Source: Candidatus Nitrosocosmicus sp. (lineage in GTDB: Archaea > Thermoproteota > Nitrososphaeria > Nitrososphaerales > Nitrososphaeraceae). From it: DNA of 42,490 nt. A program made the position numbers and the translations under genes. The notes beneath the pieces are model-generated. The model ran no database searches. It was given only the letters and a program-made list of their open reading frames with translations, and was not told where the DNA came from. This document shows, piece by piece, positions 17,637 to 26,538 of the stretch (the first letter of the stretch is position 1; each line of letters begins with the position of its first letter). Location of the stretch: contig JBBRRF010000001.1 of the NCBI GenBank assembly GCA_038200885.1, positions 1 to 42,490 of the forward strand, given 5' to 3'.

Positions 17637-18629
17637 ATGGTGAAATATGAATTGACCCATTTGACTACTAGTGATACTAAATTTTCTGATATGCGATCCG
17701 CATACGGAGATAGCCTTGTAAATTTAGGTAAAAAGTATCCTGACATGGTATGCGTAGGGGGTGATACTACTGATTCACTCAAAACTAAAAAATTCGGTGA
17801 AAAATATCCTGATAGACTCTTCAATGTTGGGATAGCCGAAGCTAATTTAGTTTCAATCGCAGCTGGGCTTGCCATCGCCGGTAAAGTATCTTTTGCGAGT
17901 ACTTATGCTGCTTTTATTCCAGGCAGGTGTTTAGATCAGATTAGAAATGCCATTTGCTATCCCAACCTGGACGTGAAAATTGTAGTATCCCATGCAGGTT
18001 TATCTGTGGGACCTGATGGAGCATCTCACCAACAAATCGAGGATATCTCTATTATGAGATCTCTACCAAATATGCGGGTCTTGGTACCTGCCGATGCGAT
18101 TTCAGTCAAAAAACTGTTGGAAAAAATAGTGAATATGCCTGGTCCATTCTATGTAAGGTTAGCTAGGCCTTCAACTGAGGAAATCTATTCTGAGGAATCC
18201 AATTTTGAAATTGGAAAGGGAACGATAATAAAAGATGGTAACGACATCAGTTTATTTTCCTGTGGAACTATGGTCTCAGCAACACTGAAGGCAAGCGATA
18301 TCTTGAAAAAGGATCATAATATTTCTTGTAGGGTTGTAGATATGTACTCTATCAAACCGATAGACTCTGAATTGATTTATAAATGTACGAAGGAAACGGG
18401 CTCATTGGCTTCCATAGAAGAACATAATATAGTAGGGGGACTGGGGTCTGCAATTTCAGAAGTGACCTCTGAAATATGCCCTACTTTTGTAAGAAAAATA
18501 GGCATTAGAGATAGATATGGTGAATCTGCAAGAGATGAAGAAATCGATTCACTCTTAGATAAATATGGCTTATCTCCCGGGGAAATAGTAAAAAATGTGG
18601 TTGCCCTAAAAAAGAGTGAAAAAAAATGA
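17637..18629 (+). CDS. Transketolase C-terminal subunit
   Basis: [23 protein letters not shown] and [11 protein letters not shown] motifs. Confidence 0.95.
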   Translation: MVKYELTHLTTSDTKFSDMRSAYGDSLVNLGKKYPDMVCVGGDTTDSLKTKKFGEKYPDRLFNVGIAEANLVSIAAGLAIAGKVSFASTYAAFIPGRCLDQIRNAICYPNLDVKIVVSHAGLSVGPDGASHQQIEDISIMRSLPNMRVLVPADAISVKKLLEKIVNMPGPFYVRLARPSTEEIYSEESNFEIGKGTIIKDGNDISLFSCGTMVSATLKASDILKKDHNISCRVVDMYSIKPIDSELIYKCTKETGSLASIEEHNIVGGLGSAISEVTSEICPTFVRKIGIRDRYGESARDEEIDSLLDKYGLSPGEIVKNVVALKKSEKK

Positions 18630-19291
18630 AAATCTTCCTTGACACTGCCAATGTTGAATCTATAGAAAAATACAATGAATTAGGAGTAGTAGATGGTATC
18701 ACTACTAACCCAACTTTGCTTTCAAAAGAAAAAGGCAATCCAATTAAGACCATGAAGAAAATCGTAGAAATTATTAAGGGGCCAATTAGTCTTGAGGTAG
18801 TTGCTATTGACTTTGATAAGATGATGGAAGAGTCGTTGAAATTAGCAAAGTATGGGGAAAATGTAGTCGTAAAGATTCCTATGACCATGGATGGTCTAAA
18901 AGTTGTACATGCACTAACCAAAAAGGGCATAAAAACTAATGTGACGTTAATTTTTTCTGCAAATCAAGCGTTATTAGCTGCAAAAGCCGGAGCTACCTAT
19001 GTAAGTCCGTTTATTGGTCGGTTAGATGACATTGGATCCGAGGGTCTGAATCTGGTAAGTGAAATTGTTCAAATATTTGCTAGCTATGATATCTCCACCC
19101 AGCTATTGGTGGCTAGCGTTCGTCATCCATTACATGTGATCGAAGCGGCAAAAATGGGGGCAGACGTCGTTACACTTCCGCCAGACATCTTGGACAAGAT
19201 GATACGCCATCCATTGACAGATAAGGGTCTAGATTCATTCTTGTCGGATTGGAAAAAACTAGAAAAAGATAACCCTGGTCTTGCATTCTAA
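18626..19291 (+). CDS. tal: Transaldolase (TalC/FSA-like)
   Basis: [19 protein letters not shown] (Schiff-base Lys) and [15 protein letters not shown] overlap with the upstream gene. Confidence 0.95.
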   Translation: MKIFLDTANVESIEKYNELGVVDGITTNPTLLSKEKGNPIKTMKKIVEIIKGPISLEVVAIDFDKMMEESLKLAKYGENVVVKIPMTMDGLKVVHALTKKGIKTNVTLIFSANQALLAAKAGATYVSPFIGRLDDIGSEGLNLVSEIVQIFASYDISTQLLVASVRHPLHVIEAAKMGADVVTLPPDILDKMIRHPLTDKGLDSFLSDWKKLEKDNPGLAF

Positions 19292-19331
19292 TTTATTTAT
19301 TATTATTTTGTTGCATTACCATAGGATTACA

Positions 19332-21092
19332 TCATTCTGTAGTTAAAAGTCCTAATACTTTTTTTGGTAAATCCTGCAATCTCTTTTTTGATAAAGTTAG
19401 AATTCTTTGATAGTTAAGGTATTTTAAATTATATCCAATTCCTATCGCATCTCCTAAATCCGAGCCCAAACCGATGGCAATCATTTCTACACCGCTTCTT
19501 TTATATGACAAAACTATCGAACGTACCGCATCCATATCTGAGGGTTCGCCGTCTGTAAGTGTTACGAAAATATCTGGTTTGAAGGCACTAATGCTTGGCT
19601 GAAGTATCTTGTAGATTTCTGCCAAAGGTGTTCCTCCTATTGGTTTTACTTGCATTAGTCTTCTTGCATATATGGATCCCCATCTTGCCGTTGGGGGTTT
19701 AATTACCCAACATTTAACCATTCTAGATTCAGTATTAAAAGCATATATGGAAAACTTTATTCCTAGATATTCTAATCCCTCACACAATGCTACTGTGGCT
19801 TTTTTGTACTCTATTTCATTATCCTCGATACTGCTTGAAAGATCCAAAAGCACTGATATCTTTACATTTATTGCAATTTTCTTATCACTGATAAAAATTT
19901 TTGGCTGCTTTTCAATGTAATTTTCAATTTCTATTTCGTCTCCGCTAAAATCATATTTTTCTTTCCATCCGCTTCTCCATTCCTTGAGGGCCGTTTTCAC
20001 CTTATTAATTAAATCAAAATCGTAAATGGAAGTTTCGTCAACCCCCAAGTTGTCTGGAATTGCAATGGAAAGGTTTTCAGTGGATTCAAAACCTTTATTA
20101 TCATTTTTTTTGCTCTCATTTACTATTATTCTAAACTCTTCATTGATATCATCGCCTTGGACAATTTCTTTTTTTAATCTCTCTATTTCTATCTCTTTAG
20201 TTTTTATCCTCACAAGCTTTTCAATTTGTGATAAAACTTCCTCCTGCTTCATAGAAAGCCCCACCTTGCTCTTTGGCATAACAATCGGGATGGGTGGGAC
20301 TGACATTAATGAATCAACTTGAAGTATTTTAATTATCTGTCTTGTTTCATATTCTAACCGTTTCTGATCCTTTATTGGGTCAAAAGTTTTATTATTAAGT
20401 TTGAAATTTTTAATATAGTCTCTAAGAATGTCGTGTGCATACTCTGATGCACTTATTACCCTTTCATTTTCGCCTCCATAAAGTTCACCCTTTATATACC
20501 CTGTTAAAAAGAACTGAGAAAATGCCTCTAAAACTTTGTTCTTCCCATGAAGTGAATTCAGTAGGGGTTTGTTGTGCCAAGATAATCCTTCGTAATATAT
20601 AATTTCTTTTATCATGCCTTTCCATTCTTCCAATCCCAATATTTCTATCCGTTTTGTCTCTAAAATGTTGAATACAAATCCAAAGACGACGTCGGTATCA
20701 AAAATCTTAAATGAGTACTTTAATCTGACTGATTCATACCATAGTAATGTTCGCCATTGTCTATACTTTTGAAAAATGTTACCATAATAATAATCTAACC
20801 CCGGAAGGACAATTCTTTTCTTGTCCAAATTAGTTGAGATCTTTCCTTCTCTTGAAATATGAATGGTTGATTCATTACTGTCTGACCATCGTCTAGATAA
20901 GAATGTAGCAATCTCAAGCAATACATCATTTCTTATGTGGATATTGTCAAGATCGAGGTCATCAAATCTTAAAAACGATTCGGACCTTTTCTTGTATTGT
21001 TTGTTCTTTATTTTATCATCATATGTTTCATCAGGCTTTGAATCATTGTTATTGTCCTTGCCATTGTCTTTTATATTCCAAAAAATAGACAT
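19332..21092 (-). CDS. VWA domain protein, NorD/CbbO-like
   Basis: C-terminal MIDAS LDLSSSI...GGTP...LTDGEP and N-terminal FNILETKRIE. Directly downstream of the CbbQ/NorQ-like ATPase. Confidence 0.85.
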   Translation of the reverse strand: MSIFWNIKDNGKDNNNDSKPDETYDDKIKNKQYKKRSESFLRFDDLDLDNIHIRNDVLLEIATFLSRRWSDSNESTIHISREGKISTNLDKKRIVLPGLDYYYGNIFQKYRQWRTLLWYESVRLKYSFKIFDTDVVFGFVFNILETKRIEILGLEEWKGMIKEIIYYEGLSWHNKPLLNSLHGKNKVLEAFSQFFLTGYIKGELYGGENERVISASEYAHDILRDYIKNFKLNNKTFDPIKDQKRLEYETRQIIKILQVDSLMSVPPIPIVMPKSKVGLSMKQEEVLSQIEKLVRIKTKEIEIERLKKEIVQGDDINEEFRIIVNESKKNDNKGFESTENLSIAIPDNLGVDETSIYDFDLINKVKTALKEWRSGWKEKYDFSGDEIEIENYIEKQPKIFISDKKIAINVKISVLLDLSSSIEDNEIEYKKATVALCEGLEYLGIKFSIYAFNTESRMVKCWVIKPPTARWGSIYARRLMQVKPIGGTPLAEIYKILQPSISAFKPDIFVTLTDGEPSDMDAVRSIVLSYKRSGVEMIAIGLGSDLGDAIGIGYNLKYLNYQRILTLSKKRLQDLPKKVLGLLTTE

Positions 21093-21108
21093 ACTCTGTC
21101 AACACGAA

Positions 21109-21927
21109 CTAAATGAATATAGATGCTATTATATCCATTACTTTTCGGTACTCAATTTCGCCCCATTGATGGTAAACGTTTGCAAATACAAATTCAGCTG
21201 CTTCTTTTGCATTTGTGTTGTTCGTTACCAATTTCGAATATGCGATCGTTTCTCTCAAACTAGGGCTATAAAAAATTTCTTCAAGAGAAGCTGCCTTCCG
21301 TAAATTGTGAGCTAATTTTATTGCACTTTTAATATTATCTTCATCGTTCTGATTATTTACTTTAACATGTTTTTTGATAATATCCATTTCAGTATCTTCA
21401 GGAGGATAGTCTAGCATTATTCTAATTGGGAATCTGCTTAGAATCTGTGGTGGAAGTTCTTTTGTTCCAACGTGCGACAACGGGTTGATGGTCCCAATTA
21501 CAAACCAGTTATCCGTTGCCTTTATAGTCTGTCCATGGAATTCTTTCAAAACTATCTGTCTTCTATCATCTAAAGCCTCGTCAAGTCGAAGAAGCACATC
21601 CGGTTCGGCCGCATTAAGTTCGTCTAGGTATAATAAATCTCCTTGTGTCATCGAGTGAACCAGAACTCCATTTACAAAATTTATCTGACCATTATCAATA
21701 GTGTTAGTTCCAATTAGGTGTGATTCTCTAGTCCTGAGGCTAAAATTTACAGATGATAGTTCCCTATTTACCTGCTTAGCGAATTTTCTAACGAGTGTGG
21801 TTTTGCCAGTCCCTTTTGGACCAATTATTAGGACAAAAATACCAAGTTTAAACGCCTTATTTAATATTTCAAAAGCATTATTCCAATCAATATACTCTAT
21901 ATTCGCATCATTGGCCGCAGACATCAA
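21109..21927 (-). CDS. CbbQ/NirQ/NorQ-family MoxR AAA+ ATPase
   Basis: GPKGTGKT, LYLDELN, TINP, SRF...LDYP and PSLRE motifs. About 270 aa, typical for the family. Confidence 0.9.
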   Translation of the reverse strand: MMSAANDANIEYIDWNNAFEILNKAFKLGIFVLIIGPKGTGKTTLVRKFAKQVNRELSSVNFSLRTRESHLIGTNTIDNGQINFVNGVLVHSMTQGDLLYLDELNAAEPDVLLRLDEALDDRRQIVLKEFHGQTIKATDNWFVIGTINPLSHVGTKELPPQILSRFPIRIMLDYPPEDTEMDIIKKHVKVNNQNDEDNIKSAIKLAHNLRKAASLEEIFYSPSLRETIAYSKLVTNNTNAKEAAEFVFANVYHQWGEIEYRKVMDIIASIFI

Positions 21928-22125
21928 TTTATGTTTCCTGACCCATCCATCTAATTAAAATATATCGTAGTCATGCATATAGTTTACAAATGATATGCAC
22001 CAAGAAATTACAAAAATTGATTGTGGTGCTGTATCATGATTAATGTTGCGCAGGTTACTAGGCTAACGATTCGGGGTGCACAAAAAGAATTTAGATCAAA
22101 TTTACCTTTCTAATAAATATGAATA

Positions 22126-22743
22126 TTACAGTCTCAGTCTTCCATCTGAATTTATTATAGAAAAGAACTCTTGCTTTGTGTTGTTATTTTCCTTAAAAAT
22201 TCCGTCAACTGCTGAGGTTGTAAATTCTGCTGAACTCGATTGAGTGCCCCTTGCAAAAACGCAAGTATGAATAGCCTTTATAACAACACCTACACCTTTA
22301 GGTTCCAGTCTATTTTTGATTTCCTCAAGAATTTGGTATGTGAGTCTCTCTTGAAGTTGAGGTCTAGATGATACCTTGTCCACTAGCCGTTGGAATTTTG
22401 AGAGGCCGAATATTTTGTTATTTGGGATATATCCGATGGCAACCTCTCCAAAAAAAGGAAGCAAGTGATGTTCACAAAATGAAAATAATCTCAAATGATT
22501 TCCTATTATCATATCATCATGATCTGCCTTAAAGGCCGTAAATTTCTCATATGATCTCTTTTTGAACAATTCTTCACCAAATCCCCGTAGCCTCCTACTG
22601 GTTTCTTTATTGTAACTGCCATTCTCACCACCTATCAACCTGTAATAACCATTAACAGTGCTATCAAATTCATCTCTGTTTTCGCTAAGAAAAACCTCGC
22701 TTATACCTTTTCCTTTTAAACCTAAACTTTCTTTTTCTATCAT
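22126..22743 (-). CDS. folE: GTP cyclohydrolase I (type IA)
   Basis: SFCEHHLLPFFG, GLSKF, RPQLQERLT and HTCVFARG, with the Zn ligands intact. Confidence 0.93.
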   Translation of the reverse strand: MIEKESLGLKGKGISEVFLSENRDEFDSTVNGYYRLIGGENGSYNKETSRRLRGFGEELFKKRSYEKFTAFKADHDDMIIGNHLRLFSFCEHHLLPFFGEVAIGYIPNNKIFGLSKFQRLVDKVSSRPQLQERLTYQILEEIKNRLEPKGVGVVIKAIHTCVFARGTQSSSAEFTTSAVDGIFKENNNTKQEFFSIINSDGRLRL

Positions 22744-22876
22744 TTTGATCTGTATTATTAGTTGATGATATAGTTCACTTGCAAATAAAAATACTTTTGT
22801 TATTCTAAGATTAAGAAAGTTGATACTTTATTATAAAAAAAAGCCCGACAAAACTATTGACCTCTTTTTTTCTAAC

Positions 22877-23623
22877 TCAAAATAAAATTTCATAACAGCA
22901 ATCAATGTCTTCAAAAGATTTTATAGGATTGTTCGAATCAACAGAAATTCTCCTAAGGTCAAAACCTTTCGAACTAATCTTTTCCATTGTCGTGTTTGAA
23001 ATGATTATCTGATCACCTTTTGCAAATTCCTGTAGCCTGCTAGCAATATTAACATTGGTTCCCATGGCCGTAAATTGATCATAGACAAGGCCTATGTGAG
23101 CCTGGCCAGTATTGATGCCACACTTTATGTTAAAATCTAGGTAGCCTCCATCTATTTTCCAATCTGATATAACCTTGTCCTTTAAGTTCTGAAAGATATT
23201 TCTTAGTTCAATTGCAGCATTTATGGCCTCTAAAGCTCCGTCATCCACCCCTGTAGTTCTTTCTGCTAGATTTTTCTCAAAAAACCCGAACCATGACATG
23301 ATGCCATCCCCGATAGTTTTGTCCCATACTCCATTATTATGCGCAATTATGCTGCTAGCAATCCTATAATATTCTTCTAAAAATTCTAGTATAATATTTT
23401 CGCGATCCATCAAATAAAACAACTTTGTTAGCTTTGAAAACCCACTTATATCCCAAAAAACAATAGTTATTGTCTTTTTACAAGTGTCTGATGTTTGAAT
23501 GCTGTTGCTATTACTACTACTACCCAATGCCCTTAGATTTTGAAGCCTGAATTGGTCGTACATTCTTACTACCTTTTCATAATTTCCATATCTTAGCACA
23601 TCGATATTGGATTGCATTAACAA
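22877..23623 (-). CDS. Class III adenylate/guanylate cyclase, stand-alone catalytic domain
   Basis: VFWDISGFS, DKTIGDGIM, GINTG and TAMGTNVNIASRLQ. Both metal Asp residues and the Asn/Arg pair are present. Lys/Thr specificity residues suggest an adenylyl cyclase. Confidence 0.9.
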   Translation of the reverse strand: MLMQSNIDVLRYGNYEKVVRMYDQFRLQNLRALGSSSNSNSIQTSDTCKKTITIVFWDISGFSKLTKLFYLMDRENIILEFLEEYYRIASSIIAHNNGVWDKTIGDGIMSWFGFFEKNLAERTTGVDDGALEAINAAIELRNIFQNLKDKVISDWKIDGGYLDFNIKCGINTGQAHIGLVYDQFTAMGTNVNIASRLQEFAKGDQIIISNTTMEKISSKGFDLRRISVDSNNPIKSFEDIDCCYEILF

Positions 23624-23791
23624 TCTATAGCAAGATAACTATATATGCTTTTCTAAAAGAATTGAATCTTTTAAATATTGATATTTTATTGTAATTTTAT
23701 TTAACATTTAAGAACAATCTTGAATTTAAGATTTTTTACTTTAAGGTACTAATAGGTTAGGTTAAATTGAATTTGCAAGTTCTCCAAACTG

Positions 23792-24433
23792 TTGGTCTAT
23801 CATATAGATTGTAGGAATATTGACGACTTAGAAAAATGCTCTGAAATAATTGACAATGGAGGTGTGATCGTTTATCCTACTGACACTGTTTTTGGTATAG
23901 GTTGCGATCCCACAATTGAAAAATCGGTTTTACGATTATTTGCTATCAAAGAAAGACCATTGGAGAAGTCCCTACCAGTATTGACAAGCGACTGGAGAAT
24001 AGTCTTAAGAATTTCACATATTACTCCACAAGCCAATATACTCCAAAATTTATTCTGGCCTGGAAAACTGACTCTAATTCTAAAATTGAAGGCAAACCAT
24101 GGATTGTCTAAATATGTGTTTAACAATGATAATAATACTGTTGGATTACGTATTCCTAGTAATCCATGCATTTTAAATTTGATAAATATGACTAGATCTA
24201 AATTATTAGTGGGAACAAGCGCTAATTTGTCAAAAAAGATTTCTTCAACGAGATTAGAAGATATTGATGAGACTATTTTGAGTAAATGCGATGCTGTGGT
24301 AGCCAATGAATTATTATCAGACAACTATCGCGGATCAACTATAGTGGATGTTTCAGGATCGGATTTTCCTCGCATAATTAGAGAAGGTGCTATTCCAAAG
24401 GAAAAAATCCTAGCAGCGCTTAGCAGTTCATAG
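23792..24433 (+). CDS. tsaC: L-threonylcarbamoyladenylate synthase (single-domain TsaC/YrdC type)
   Basis: YPTDTVFGIG, KERP, FWPGKLT, TSANLS, STIVD and REGAI. No C-terminal Sua5 domain. Confidence 0.92.
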   Translation: MVYHIDCRNIDDLEKCSEIIDNGGVIVYPTDTVFGIGCDPTIEKSVLRLFAIKERPLEKSLPVLTSDWRIVLRISHITPQANILQNLFWPGKLTLILKLKANHGLSKYVFNNDNNTVGLRIPSNPCILNLINMTRSKLLVGTSANLSKKISSTRLEDIDETILSKCDAVVANELLSDNYRGSTIVDVSGSDFPRIIREGAIPKEKILAALSSS

Positions 24434-24445
24434 CGGAGCAAAACT

Positions 24446-24973
24446 ATGATATTCAATTTTCTTGCTACAACATATAGATACAAGGAGGAAGACCTAATGG
24501 ATGAACTAGAAGGACTTTTTTACGACTTTGGTGAGACTACGGTGGAAGTGAATGAAACTAATATTTCAGGACTTATTGTGGGAAAATCTTTAAAGGATTC
24601 AGAGCTTTTCGTACCATATTTGAGGGAAAAACTGCAGAATTCACCATGGGAAATTCGGAACCTGCTTAGATTTGTTCCAATCCAGAGGGTGGTGTTAAGC
24701 GAGGTCGCAGAAATTAGAGATTGCTTGCTTGATTTGGCTAAAGAGAAAATTACTAACAAGGGACCTGTAAAAATTCTGGTTGAAAAAAGGCATACCAAAT
24801 TAAGTAAAAAAGACATTATTGATTCAGTTGGACCTCATTTGAATTATCCCGTCAATCTGACCAATCCTACATGGATTCTGCTAGTAGAGATTATTGGAAA
24901 ATATTCAGGAATATCGGTTATCAGTTCCAACATGATGTTTAGTTCGATGACAGAAAAAAGGGTTTCAGAATAG
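24446..24973 (+). CDS. THUMP domain RNA-binding protein
   Basis: LRFVPIQ...VEKRH...VNLTNPTWILLVEIIG pattern. Confidence 0.85.
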   Translation: MIFNFLATTYRYKEEDLMDELEGLFYDFGETTVEVNETNISGLIVGKSLKDSELFVPYLREKLQNSPWEIRNLLRFVPIQRVVLSEVAEIRDCLLDLAKEKITNKGPVKILVEKRHTKLSKKDIIDSVGPHLNYPVNLTNPTWILLVEIIGKYSGISVISSNMMFSSMTEKRVSE

Positions 24974-25018
24974 AATTAAATTATGGTAACAAGAACGCAG
25001 GCTATTTTCTAATCCAAC

Positions 25019-25645
25019 TCAATTTAGGGATATCGCTGCTTTCTCAATAAGGAATTTCAAATATTTTTCCTCATTATTTAATAGCAGATGGGAATTAACT
25101 TTGAATTTGTCTTTAAAGAAGTAATTGAGGATGTAATCCTTCTTGGTGGTATCAGGGCGTATCAAGTTACTATCTTCAACGCCATAAGGCATGAGAGTAT
25201 CGAGAGTGTTACTCAATTTGCCTCCAAGCTTAGAAATCAATACCACAACAAAAGTTTTATTTTTACCATCTCCAAAGTTTGATTTTAGGGCATCTTTTAT
25301 TTGACTTGTGTAGCAGATTCTAAGTAAAATTTCAATTTCGACGTTTTTTATGTTTGATTTGATATTTCTTTTTTCCTCCTCATTAATTATCTTTAAGATT
25401 CCTAGTATGTGGTCGAACCCATAAACCAGTTTTGAATTAATAAATATTATATTGATAGTTTTATCCTCTGACTTTATCTTGTCATAGATATTTCTTACGT
25501 CTGTGTCAAAGAAGGAAAATCCGGCGATAATTGCTTTTAAAGCGTCCATTTTAATGAGCCTTTCGTTGTCCAAGACATCCACCCAACGACTATAGATGGC
25601 TTCTTGACTAATATCTTTATGACCGTTGTTGATACAAAAATTCAA
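25019..25645 (-). CDS. cgi121: KEOPS complex subunit Cgi121-like protein (true start probably downstream, at MDALKA)
   Basis: VYGFDHI...EIEILLRICYTSQIKDAL and C-terminal LIEKAA resemble Cgi121. Lies next to tsaC. Confidence 0.7.
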   Translation of the reverse strand: MNFCINNGHKDISQEAIYSRWVDVLDNERLIKMDALKAIIAGFSFFDTDVRNIYDKIKSEDKTINIIFINSKLVYGFDHILGILKIINEEEKRNIKSNIKNVEIEILLRICYTSQIKDALKSNFGDGKNKTFVVVLISKLGGKLSNTLDTLMPYGVEDSNLIRPDTTKKDYILNYFFKDKFKVNSHLLLNNEEKYLKFLIEKAAISLN

Positions 25646-25671
25646 TATCTGGTTTCCTTATACTTTTTACG

Positions 25672-26382
25672 TTGAAGAATATTGGATTGGGGAATTCATA
25701 TTGGAATGAAGTAATAAAAGTACTTCGGAATATCATTCCTGTTTATGATAAGGTAAATAGTGCTATATCATTGGGAAAAGATAATCAGTTTCGAAAAGAA
25801 GGTATAAGAAAAAGTGTTTTCCCTGGGAATCATATCCTCGACGCAGGCTCCGGATATGGCAACATGTCAAAACTGGTACTGGATTTCGTTTCTGAAGATG
25901 TTACAATAAATTTTTATGATCCTATTCCTGAAATGTTGGCTGAAATCAAGAATAAATTCAAGAATTATGATAGTAGCTATTTTTTATGTAGTGGTATTTT
26001 TGAAAAGATTCCATACAAGTCTAATTCATTTGATGCAGTCCTCTGTGGTTATTCGATAAGAGATTCAATCGCTTTAAATGAGTCATTTGTAGAAATTCAC
26101 AGGGTTTTAAAAAAAAATGGAAGGTTATTAATTGTTGATCTCGGAAAACCTGATAATTTTTTGGCCCGTTTCCTTGTATCCTTTTATCTAAAGTATTTCC
26201 TTGTTATCATGGCTTTTTTAGCCGCTGGGAGGGAAGGATTACCTTTTCGTACTTTATATGGTACTTTTCTTAGATGGCCAAGGAACAAAGATCTAAATGA
26301 GTTGTTATTAAATACATTTTCCAAGGTCGAGTTTAACAAAAAGCTAATGGGAGGGGCCATCATTGTAATTGCTTATAAATAA
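25672..26382 (+). CDS. UbiE/MenG-like class I SAM-dependent methyltransferase
   Basis: YDKVNSAISLG, LDAGSGYG, IPYKSNSFD and EIHRVLKKNG motifs. Confidence 0.85.
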   Translation: MKNIGLGNSYWNEVIKVLRNIIPVYDKVNSAISLGKDNQFRKEGIRKSVFPGNHILDAGSGYGNMSKLVLDFVSEDVTINFYDPIPEMLAEIKNKFKNYDSSYFLCSGIFEKIPYKSNSFDAVLCGYSIRDSIALNESFVEIHRVLKKNGRLLIVDLGKPDNFLARFLVSFYLKYFLVIMAFLAAGREGLPFRTLYGTFLRWPRNKDLNELLLNTFSKVEFNKKLMGGAIIVIAYK

Positions 26383-26467
26383 TCATTTTATAACAATGAT
26401 TTATCATCATTATTTCTATAACATATCATATGATCAATGTTTTAGTGAGAGGGCGAGTTACATTTTA

Positions 26468-26488
26468 AAAATTCAAAATTCAAAATTC
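26468..26488. repeat. Short tandem repeat (AAAATTC)x3
   Basis: Read directly in the spacer upstream of the CoA ligase. Confidence 0.7.
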
Positions 26489-26538
26489 AAAACTTAAAGT
26501 AAGAAAAATTATAAACCGAATAGAATAATGAACTCTTA

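Noticed and set aside
21960-22085. Short dyads (TGCATAT/ATATGCA, GCACCA/TGGTGC) suggesting a structured RNA upstream of the norQ-like gene
   Set aside because: Arms are only 6-7 bp and match no riboswitch or ncRNA consensus I recognise.
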